From: an uncultured Nitrososphaerales archaeon
GTDB lineage: Archaea > Thermoproteota > Nitrososphaeria > Nitrososphaerales > Gagatemarchaeaceae
Assembly: GCA_963706445.1 (NCBI GenBank)
Contig: OY970160.1
Coordinates: forward strand, 1,376,001-1,440,000
DNA: 64,000 nt
Direction: 5' to 3'
The position numbers and the translations under genes are program-made. Numbering within the stretch: position 1 is the stretch's first letter; every line of letters begins with the position of its first letter. The notes beneath the pieces are model-generated. The model did not search any database, had not been told where the DNA came from, and saw only the letters and a list, made by a program, of their open reading frames with translations. Positions 56,487 to 64,000 of this stretch are shown here, one piece after another.

Positions 56487-57863
56487 TTGGCCGACCCTAG
56501 CTCCGTTCTGATCGAAGACGCCATAATAGTCACCATGGACCCTCGACGGAGGGTCATCGAAGGGGGGCATGTCCTCGTCGAAGGGGGAAGGATATCCGCA
56601 ATCGCTGGGCCGGGTTCGAAGGCGAGACTCAAGGCAGAGCAGACGATCTCGGCGAAAGGGATGGCCGTGATACCGGGACTGATTGACACTCACATCCATC
56701 TGGCCCAGAGCCTCCTGAGAGGGTGCGCAGACGACCTCTCTCTGGTCGACTGGCTGAAGAAAAGGGTCTGGCCCATCCAGGGGTGCTTCACCACGAGCGA
56801 CGGAAGGGTTAGCGCCGAACTCTCGATGCTGGAGATGGTCAAGAGCGGGACCACTTCGTTCGTCGGGGTCGATGTCGTGTCAAGGTATGGGTTCGACGGG
56901 ATAGCGGACGCGGTGGTCGGGGCTGGGATGAGAGGGGCGCTGGCCAAGACGATCATGGACAGCCCAGGATACGGGAGGAAAGGGAGCATGATGCCCGCGG
57001 GGCTCGTGGAAGAGAAAGACGAATGCATCAGAGAAGCGAAATCAATGATCAGGAAGTGGAACAGAATCAAAGGGGGCCGGGTAAGGACCTGGGTAGCCCC
57101 GAGATCCCTTGGCGGGTGCAGCAGGGAGCTCTATGAGGAGGTAGCCGAGCTCGCAAATGAACAGGATACGAGGGTGACGATGCACCTGGCAGAGGTGAGC
57201 GAGGACGTCAAATACGCGAAGGAGAACTTCGGGCTGACTCCTTTCGGGTTCATCGAGAAGGTGAGTCTGGCGGGCCCCCGCTCGCTCTTCGCCCACATGG
57301 TCTGGCTCAGCGACGGCGACGTTGGGAAGGTGGGAAAGACGAAGTCCAACGTGGCGCACTGCCCTTCGTCCAATCTCAAGCTTGCGTCAGGCATTCCAAA
57401 GGTGCCCGAACTGTTGCGGGCGGGGGCGAACCTCGGGCTCGGGTGCGACGGCGCCCCGTGCAACAACTCCCACGACATGATAAGGGAGATGAAACTCGCG
57501 GCAGTGATACAGAAGGGGAGGCTACTCGACCCGCTCACGATGCCCGCCGCGACGGTACTGGAGATGGCGACCCTTGGGGGAGCCCGGGCCATGGGGATGG
57601 AATCGGATGTGGGGTCCATCGAAGTCGGGAAGAGGGCGGACCTGGTGCTCATCGACCTGAAGAAACCCCATCTTGTCCCATACAGAGACATCGTGTCGAA
57701 CTTGGTCTACTCCGCCATGGGGAGCGACGTCGACAGCGTGATGGTGGACGGCAAGCTCCTTCTCCGGCGAGGGAGGGCCCTGACCCTCGACGAAGAGAAG
57801 ATCATGGGTGAGGCGCAGAAGCGGCAGGACGAGCTTATCTCAAGGTCAGGCGTCGGTGCCTAG
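56487..57863 (+). CDS. metal-dependent amidohydrolase (MtaD/nucleobase deaminase family)
   Basis: DTHIHLAQ, MHLAE, HCPSSNLKLASG, GCDG. Confidence 0.9.
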   Translation: MADPSSVLIEDAIIVTMDPRRRVIEGGHVLVEGGRISAIAGPGSKARLKAEQTISAKGMAVIPGLIDTHIHLAQSLLRGCADDLSLVDWLKKRVWPIQGCFTTSDGRVSAELSMLEMVKSGTTSFVGVDVVSRYGFDGIADAVVGAGMRGALAKTIMDSPGYGRKGSMMPAGLVEEKDECIREAKSMIRKWNRIKGGRVRTWVAPRSLGGCSRELYEEVAELANEQDTRVTMHLAEVSEDVKYAKENFGLTPFGFIEKVSLAGPRSLFAHMVWLSDGDVGKVGKTKSNVAHCPSSNLKLASGIPKVPELLRAGANLGLGCDGAPCNNSHDMIREMKLAAVIQKGRLLDPLTMPAATVLEMATLGGARAMGMESDVGSIEVGKRADLVLIDLKKPHLVPYRDIVSNLVYSAMGSDVDSVMVDGKLLLRRGRALTLDEEKIMGEAQKRQDELISRSGVGA

Positions 57864-57875
57864 GAAGTCCGGGCA

Positions 57876-59249
57876 GTGGATCTCCTGGTTACGAACGCTA
57901 GAGTAGTCACCGGCTCCCAGGTCGTCGAGGCAAACATAGGGGTAGAAGACGGGAAAATCGCCTCGGTTTCCCCCAGCCTCCAAGCCACGGGGGCCAGGGT
58001 CATCGATGCGGAGGGGATGATAGTCGTCCCCGGGGGGATAGATGCCCACACCCACATGGAGCTCCCTGTCACTAACACCTCGTCGGCGGACGACTTCTAC
58101 TCGGGGACCGTAGCCGGGGCCTGCGGCGGAATAACGACGATAGTAGATTACGTCGACCCCCAGGCAGGTCAGACGATGCTCGAAGCAGTAGCCGATTACA
58201 GACTGAGGGCGGACAGCAAGGTGGCGGTCGACTACGGCCTGCATATGATGTTCAAGGGGCAGCAACTTCCCGAAATCGACAGGATCCCCGACCTGGTCGA
58301 GGAGGGGATCCCGAGCTTCAAGGTCTACACGGCGTACAGGAAGCGGGGGTTGATGCTGGAAGATCAAGACATCTCAAGGGTGATGAAGAGTGTGGCGTCG
58401 ACCGGGGGGCTGGTAGCCGTGCACGCCGAGAGCGAGGGGATGATCGAGCGCCTGACCAAGGAGAACCTGGCTGTTGGAAACGTGGGGACGAGGTACCATG
58501 CGCTGAGCAGGCCTCCGGCTGCCGAGGCAGAAGCGATATCCAGGGTCACCCGGCTGGCGGACGAAGCCGGGGCGAGGATCTACATCGTCCACCTTTCTAG
58601 CAGGGCGGGGAAGGAGGAGGTCGAGGGGGCGAGGAGGCGCGGGACGAATGTGTTCGCCGAGACATGCCCTCACTACCTGGTCCTCACTGACGATGTCTAC
58701 GAAAGGGAGGACGGACGGAACTTCGTCATGTCACCGGCACTGAAGAAGCCAGAAGATCGCGCCGCCCTCTGGGAAGGGCTGAAGGCAGGTGGGGTCATCG
58801 AGACTGTCGGGAGCGACCACTGCCCGTTCCCGAGCTCGCAGAAGGACTGGGGGATGGACGATTTCACGAAGATACCTAACGGGGTTCCCGGGACGGAGGC
58901 TATCATCCCCATCCTGTACTCAGAAGGGGTGAGGAAAGGGCGAATCTCGATCTACGATATGGTCAGGGTGATATCGGAGGGGCCTGCGAGGCGCTTCGGG
59001 CTCACCCCGTCGAAGGGGTCCATCGCCGTCGGTTCGGATGCAGATTTCGTAGTCATCGACCCGAACAAGCGCGTGAGGATGACCGCGGAGGTGATGCACA
59101 GCAACATCGACTACAGCATCTACGCCGACGTCACGACCGAGGGGTACCCGGTCCTGACGGTGAGCAGGGGGGAGGTCGTGATGGAGGACGGCGAGTTCGT
59201 CGGGAAGAAGGGATGGGGCAGGTTCGTTCCTAGAAGGGCCGCGTCGTAG
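57876..59249 (+). CDS. hydA: dihydropyrimidinase / D-hydantoinase
   Basis: PGGIDAHTH, SFKVY, VHAE, ETCPHYL, SDHCPF, IPNGVPG. Confidence 0.93.
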   Translation: MDLLVTNARVVTGSQVVEANIGVEDGKIASVSPSLQATGARVIDAEGMIVVPGGIDAHTHMELPVTNTSSADDFYSGTVAGACGGITTIVDYVDPQAGQTMLEAVADYRLRADSKVAVDYGLHMMFKGQQLPEIDRIPDLVEEGIPSFKVYTAYRKRGLMLEDQDISRVMKSVASTGGLVAVHAESEGMIERLTKENLAVGNVGTRYHALSRPPAAEAEAISRVTRLADEAGARIYIVHLSSRAGKEEVEGARRRGTNVFAETCPHYLVLTDDVYEREDGRNFVMSPALKKPEDRAALWEGLKAGGVIETVGSDHCPFPSSQKDWGMDDFTKIPNGVPGTEAIIPILYSEGVRKGRISIYDMVRVISEGPARRFGLTPSKGSIAVGSDADFVVIDPNKRVRMTAEVMHSNIDYSIYADVTTEGYPVLTVSRGEVVMEDGEFVGKKGWGRFVPRRAAS

Positions 59250-59288
59250 CGCCCGCTCAGGTGGACTGGTCAGATGAGGAGCCGAACC

Positions 59289-60653
59289 CTAGCCCAGGGG
59301 CTCCACAGCTTCCGACGGAGATGACCCAAGCCTGCGCCAGAGACCGTCCATGGCCTTCAGCACTTTCGCTTCGGATTTCTGAAGGTCGACCCTCAGGACC
59401 TGCTTGCTTCTCATAATCAATTCGCCGTCCACCACCACGTCCCTCACGTTCGGCCCCTTCAGGCCGTTCACAATGTAGCCGTAGACAGAACCGGCGTAAG
59501 GCGTGGCCAGGAACGACGGACGCACCACGATCAGGTCGGCCCGCTTGCCAGCTTCGAGGGACCCGAGGGACTTCAGCTCATAGGCTTTCGCCGCGTTGAC
59601 GGTGCACATCTCGACGACTTCCTGGGGAGACGGCCTGTTCGGATTCCTCCTCGCCACCCTCTGCAGGAGGAAGGCGGCGCGCATGTTCTCGAACATGTCG
59701 AAGATGTACCCGTCGTTGCCGGCACAGACGTTCACCCCCTTGTCAAGCATCTCCAGAAGGGGAGCGACGCCGACGGCGTTGAGCATGTTGCTCATGGGGT
59801 TGTGGGCAATGCTTGCCGATGAGGCGGCAATCAGATCAATCTCCTCCTCGCTCAGATGGACGCAGTGGGCGAGTACAGACCTCGACGACAGGAGGCCTAC
59901 GTCCTTCAGCCTCTCGACGGACCTCTTGCCATAGCGCTCCATGTTGTGGTAGCCGTCGTTGGGTCCCTCCGAGACGTGGATGGTGAGCGGGACCCTGTGC
60001 TTCTCACTGGCCTCCGCCCCCCGCGAAAGCAGGTCGTCCGAGACGGTGAACGATGCGTGGAGGCTTACCATCCCCATGGCCCTCCCCTTGTCTTTCTTCG
60101 CGATGAACCTCAGACTCTCCTTCAGCCCCCTTCTCCCTTCCTCGATGCTCCTCCTCTCCGTCGCCTCGAATGAGATTATGCCCCTGATGCCAACTTCGTT
60201 CGAAGCCTTCGCGATTTCGTCGAGGGAGCCTTCTATCGAGTTGGGGGCGGAGTATGTGTCCGCAAAGCAAGTCGTCCCGTTCATCAGCGACTCGACGGAC
60301 GCCGACAGGGTCGTCGCATAGGCGTCGGCGTTGGTAAGCGCCTCGTCCACGGGCCACCACACCCTCTGGAGGATCTGAAGGAAGTCTGACGGGGGCTTCA
60401 CGTTCAGCGCTGACCCCCTGAGGGCTATCCCGTACAGATGGGTATGGCCGCAGATGAGCCCCGGCATCACAATGCACCCCCTCGCGTCGATCACCTCGTC
60501 GGGCCCGAAACCCCGGGCGACTCTGTCTGACGGTCCCACGGCAAGTATCCGGCCGTCTTCGATGGCTACGGCTGAATCGTAGATGACTCTCCTGTGTTCG
60601 TCCATGGTCACCACGGTGCCCCCCTTCACGAGGAGTTTGCTTGACAAGGGCAA
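59289..60653 (-). CDS. ssnA: SsnA-like amidohydrolase
   Basis: MPGLICGHTHLY, DFLQILQRVWWPVD, SFEATER, HASFTV, HNPMSNMLN, DMFE match recalled SsnA features. Confidence 0.8.
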   Translation of the reverse strand: MPLSSKLLVKGGTVVTMDEHRRVIYDSAVAIEDGRILAVGPSDRVARGFGPDEVIDARGCIVMPGLICGHTHLYGIALRGSALNVKPPSDFLQILQRVWWPVDEALTNADAYATTLSASVESLMNGTTCFADTYSAPNSIEGSLDEIAKASNEVGIRGIISFEATERRSIEEGRRGLKESLRFIAKKDKGRAMGMVSLHASFTVSDDLLSRGAEASEKHRVPLTIHVSEGPNDGYHNMERYGKRSVERLKDVGLLSSRSVLAHCVHLSEEEIDLIAASSASIAHNPMSNMLNAVGVAPLLEMLDKGVNVCAGNDGYIFDMFENMRAAFLLQRVARRNPNRPSPQEVVEMCTVNAAKAYELKSLGSLEAGKRADLIVVRPSFLATPYAGSVYGYIVNGLKGPNVRDVVVDGELIMRSKQVLRVDLQKSEAKVLKAMDGLWRRLGSSPSEAVEPLG

Positions 60654-60667
60654 TCACCGACTCTTCG

Positions 60668-61681
60668 CTACGCCAGCGACTTGACCACGTATTCGATGTT
60701 GCCACTGAGTGGAAGGAGTAGTGGGGACTTGCACCCGGCGGCCATGTACTCCTCGATCTTGGCTCTGCACTCTTGAGGCGTCCCCGACGCGGTGAGCATG
60801 CGGACGATCTCGTCTGGCACGATCTTCGTCGCTCTCTCGATGCCCCCTGGCTTGGCTGGCCACCCGCCCATCTCCTTCTGGACGGCGGCAATCAGGTCCT
60901 CGGCCACCCCACTCGCCCTCATGATGTGCGGCTGCTGCCCCAGGGTCATGGTTACATGGCTCTTGGCAAGCTTCACGGCCTTGTCGGAATCCTCGTCCAT
61001 CGAGCATGCGATGAGTTGAGGGGAATCAATCTTGTCGGGGTCCCTTCCAGCCTTCTGAGCCCCGCGCCTGATGCTCTCCCAGGCCTTCTTGTTGTATTCC
61101 GGAGATACGAGGTAGTTCAGCAGGACGCCGTCGGCTATCTCGCCTGCGAGCTCGAGCATCTGGAATCCAGTCCCGCCGATGTATATGGGGACAGCTCTCG
61201 GACCCGCCCCAGTCCCGTGCAGGGTGTCGAGGCTCACGCCGTCCATCTTGACGAACTCCCCCTGGAAGGTGACCTCTTCGGCGTTGAACAGTCGTTTGAT
61301 TACCTGTACGTACTCTCTCATGCACAGTAGGGGCTTGGTCCTGTCTATCCCCACCTTCTTCGCGAGTGGGTCCCACCATGCCCCGAGACCCAGGATGGCC
61401 CTCCCCGCTGAGAGCTCGTCGAGGGTGGCCCAGGTCTGGGCGATTAGGGCGGCGTTCCTAGTCCAGGTGTTTATGACGCCGGCCCCCACCTTGATCCTCT
61501 TTGTGTCCGTCGCGATGGCGGTTACGGGGACGACTGCGTCCCTTGCCAGCCTCGACTCTGCAATCCAGACAGAATCGAACCCATGGTCTTCCGCCACCTG
61601 TGAGAACCTGACCATCTCCCGGACGTGCATGTCCTGGAGGTACAGTCCCAGCCTGCTCAACGAGCCTGGAGCTTTGGACAA
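60668..61681 (-). CDS. LLM-class (Mer-like, possibly F420-dependent) oxidoreductase
   Basis: GFDSVWIAE, TLDELSAGRAILGLG, PIYIGGTG..MLELAGEIADG. Confidence 0.88.
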   Translation of the reverse strand: MSKAPGSLSRLGLYLQDMHVREMVRFSQVAEDHGFDSVWIAESRLARDAVVPVTAIATDTKRIKVGAGVINTWTRNAALIAQTWATLDELSAGRAILGLGAWWDPLAKKVGIDRTKPLLCMREYVQVIKRLFNAEEVTFQGEFVKMDGVSLDTLHGTGAGPRAVPIYIGGTGFQMLELAGEIADGVLLNYLVSPEYNKKAWESIRRGAQKAGRDPDKIDSPQLIACSMDEDSDKAVKLAKSHVTMTLGQQPHIMRASGVAEDLIAAVQKEMGGWPAKPGGIERATKIVPDEIVRMLTASGTPQECRAKIEEYMAAGCKSPLLLPLSGNIEYVVKSLA

Positions 61682-61844
61682 CCGTTTCGCCTCAATCGCA
61701 GGCCTTCACATTCGATTTAAAGCAATTCCCTATCTGGGCCTGCAGTCCGAGCCTCCGGTAGGTCCCAAGTCCACATTGGGCGAATCTCTTTTCTTTGCAT
61801 GGACAATACTTATAGAATATCGTCGGTCCGTTAAATTTTCCAAA

Positions 61845-63194
61845 TTGGGAGAGATAACTGCAATCGCCAATGGGGTAGTCATTACAGTCGATCGTAGCGA
61901 CACAATCTACGGAGACGGCGCGGTAATAGTCGAAGATGGAAGGATAATCGATGTTGGTAAGACGGACGAAATCCTGCCAAAGTATAGAAAGGATATTGTC
62001 ATTGATGCGAAGAAGTGCGCAGTGCTACCTGGTTTTGTGAATGCTCACTTTCACTCTGGCACCATCCGAGGAATTGCCGAAGACCTTCCACTGTGGGAGT
62101 GGCTTAGAAGATACATTGATCCGAAGCACCGTGTTCTGACCCCAAGCGATGCCCATGCTTCATCCAGGCTTTGCTACACAGAATCCATCAAAGCGGGCGT
62201 AACCACTGTGCTCGACATGGAGAGGTTCATGGATAGATGTGCTGATTCGGCCGAAGAGGTCGGGCTTAGGGCGGTTCTCGCACCATATGTTTCTGATAAA
62301 TTCGAAGGCTTCGAAAAGCCGGAGGACAACTACAGGCTATTGGCCGAGAGAAATGGCTCGGCGAACGGCAGGGTCAACGTCTGGCTCGGCATGGAGCATC
62401 TGATGTATTGCAGCGAAGAACTCTACAGAAAAGGGGCCGAGCTCGCAAGAAAATACAACGTCGGGATACACACCCACGGGGAAGAGTCAAAAGAGATGGC
62501 AGAGAGGATAACAAAAGAACACGGCGGAAGAAGACCCACGAAGGTTCTGCGCGACTACGGAATCCTAGGGCCACGTACCGTCTTGGCTCACTGCGTCTGG
62601 CTGGATGACGAAGAGATGGGAATAATAGCCGAAACCAAAACCTCCGTAGCTCATTGTCCGGTGAGCAATTTCAAGCTTGCAAGTGGAGTTGCAAGGGTTC
62701 CGGAAATGCTAGGTCTAGGGATAGTAGTGGGCCTTGGAAGTGACGGCATTGAGGAAAACAACAGGATTGACCTCATGCAGGAGATGAAGATGGCTGGACT
62801 GATTCAGAAGGGAACGCATAGAGACGCAACTCTCATGCCCGCGAAAAAGCTGCTTAGGATGGCAACAATCGATGGTGCGACAGCGCTTGGGCTCGGAGGC
62901 GAGGTCGGGTCTTTAGAGAGAGGAAAGAAGGCGGATATCTCGATCCTAGATCTAAATCAACCCCATTTGACACCCGCGCTCACCGGAGAGTTCTTCAATG
63001 TGGTAAGCAACATAGTGTACGCTGCGCAATCTGATGACGTACAAACGGTAATGGTCGACGGTAGAGTGATAATGGAGAATAGAAAGATTGCTCACCTGAA
63101 CGAGCAGGAAATCATTGATGAAGCAACAAAAGCTTCCGTTGGAGTTCTTGAGAGAATAAAGGAACTCGTCCCGCCTGATATCAAGTCGAAGTAA
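61845..63194 (+). CDS. metal-dependent amidohydrolase (MtaD-like)
   Basis: NAHFH, HTHGEE, HCPVSNFKLASG, GSDG; TTG at 61845 downstream of TTATA. Confidence 0.9.
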   Translation: MGEITAIANGVVITVDRSDTIYGDGAVIVEDGRIIDVGKTDEILPKYRKDIVIDAKKCAVLPGFVNAHFHSGTIRGIAEDLPLWEWLRRYIDPKHRVLTPSDAHASSRLCYTESIKAGVTTVLDMERFMDRCADSAEEVGLRAVLAPYVSDKFEGFEKPEDNYRLLAERNGSANGRVNVWLGMEHLMYCSEELYRKGAELARKYNVGIHTHGEESKEMAERITKEHGGRRPTKVLRDYGILGPRTVLAHCVWLDDEEMGIIAETKTSVAHCPVSNFKLASGVARVPEMLGLGIVVGLGSDGIEENNRIDLMQEMKMAGLIQKGTHRDATLMPAKKLLRMATIDGATALGLGGEVGSLERGKKADISILDLNQPHLTPALTGEFFNVVSNIVYAAQSDDVQTVMVDGRVIMENRKIAHLNEQEIIDEATKASVGVLERIKELVPPDIKSK

Positions 63195-63293
63195 CCGCGA
63201 TTCGCTTAGGTCGACTAACGAGTTAGACGCCTACAACCGGAGAACTGCGACCCTGCGTCAAATATTAAAACCAATCAATTCCGCGTGACTGAT

Positions 63294-64000
63294 ATGACTC
63301 GGGAAGTGGATCTGCTAATCAAGGGTGCAGACATCCTTACTTTGGACCCTAGCCGCCCCGAGCTGCGCAACCATGACGTCGCCATTAAGGATGGGAAAAT
63401 CGTCGAAGTCCAGGCAGGCCTAAGATACGATTCTAAACTTGATGTGGCAGGGAAAGGAAAGGTCGTTCTGCCCGGTCTTGCCGACTGTCACACCCACTGT
63501 TTTCAGATTTTTCTTAGAGGCTCGCTTTCCGCAAGAGACAGAACCATACATCCGATCTGGTTGAAGGTCCTGATGCCGTTTGAAGCGGATATGCAAGAGG
63601 ACGAGGCGCAGGTCAGCGCAGAACTCGCATGCCTTAACATGATTAGAAAAGGGATAACCGCCTTCGCCGACGCAGGAGGGCCCTATCCTCAGACCCTTGC
63701 CAGGGTGGCCGAGGACGCAGGACTCAGGGCAAGGATAACCCACTCGACCATGGACAAAGGACCTGAGAACTACAACCGAGGAATCAAGTACAACAAAAAG
63801 CTGGTCAGCCAACTCAAGGGTCCAAGGGTCAAGGGCTGGTATTCGATTCGACAGATCATGGTCTCGAGCGACGAGCTCATCGAAGAAACCATCGCGGAAG
63901 CGAGGAAGGACGATGTGGGAATCCACATCCATCTTAATGAGGAAACATCTGAAATCGAACATTCGATGACTCGTTGGAACGAAAGACCATTCGAACACTT
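63294..64000 (+). CDS. metal-dependent amidohydrolase (partial, runs off the window)
   Basis: Manual translation MTREVDLLIKGADILTLD...VLPGLADCHTHCFQ...IHIHLNE. Confidence 0.88.
   Translation, partial: MTREVDLLIKGADILTLDPSRPELRNHDVAIKDGKIVEVQAGLRYDSKLDVAGKGKVVLPGLADCHTHCFQIFLRGSLSARDRTIHPIWLKVLMPFEADMQEDEAQVSAELACLNMIRKGITAFADAGGPYPQTLARVAEDAGLRARITHSTMDKGPENYNRGIKYNKKLVSQLKGPRVKGWYSIRQIMVSSDELIEETIAEARKDDVGIHIHLNEETSEIEHSMTRWNERPFEH

Noticed and set aside
61179-61844. 222-aa N-terminal extension making a 671-aa amidohydrolase 'fusion'
   Set aside because: It is the antisense of the LLM gene; a TATA box and TTG at 61845 give a normal-length enzyme.
1-64000. CRISPR arrays, IS elements, integrases, rRNA genes, defence systems
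   Set aside because: No regularly spaced repeats, transposase or integrase motifs, or rRNA-like stretches seen by eye; nearly all sequence is explained by other genes.

Overview
Archaeal chromosomal DNA, visibly GC-rich. The gene set (top6AB, aIF1, aIF2-beta, Rio1/Dim2, divergent FtsZ, PEF-CTERM cupredoxin, intron-containing tRNAs) suggests a Nitrososphaerota (Thaumarchaeota) lineage, possibly non-ammonia-oxidising; this placement is inference. Contents in order: A-type ATP synthase atpC (partial) and atpI; a complex I cluster nuoH-I-J-K-M2-L-M1-N; five tRNA genes, three with BHB introns; housekeeping blocks (ino1, top6, rio1, grpE-dnaK-dnaJ, MTA/SAH salvage with metG, gcvPAB, trxB, N-glycosylation/sugar genes); a wHTH regulator/membrane protein/cupredoxin module; and a nucleobase-catabolism cluster (carbamate kinase, hydantoinase, SsnA-like and three other amidohydrolases, an LLM oxidoreductase) running off the right edge. 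Main findings: (1) a full-length LAGLIDADG intein in respiratory subunit NuoI whose +1 nucleophile is an Fe-S-ligating Cys; (2) a three-intron tRNA(CAT); (3) a purine-degradation-like cluster in which an LLM/F420-type enzyme occupies the position of YgfK; (4) a 2M complex I with a 26-aa NuoL helix insertion; (5) a ribophorin-I-like protein. All homology calls come from motif recognition; no database searches were run.
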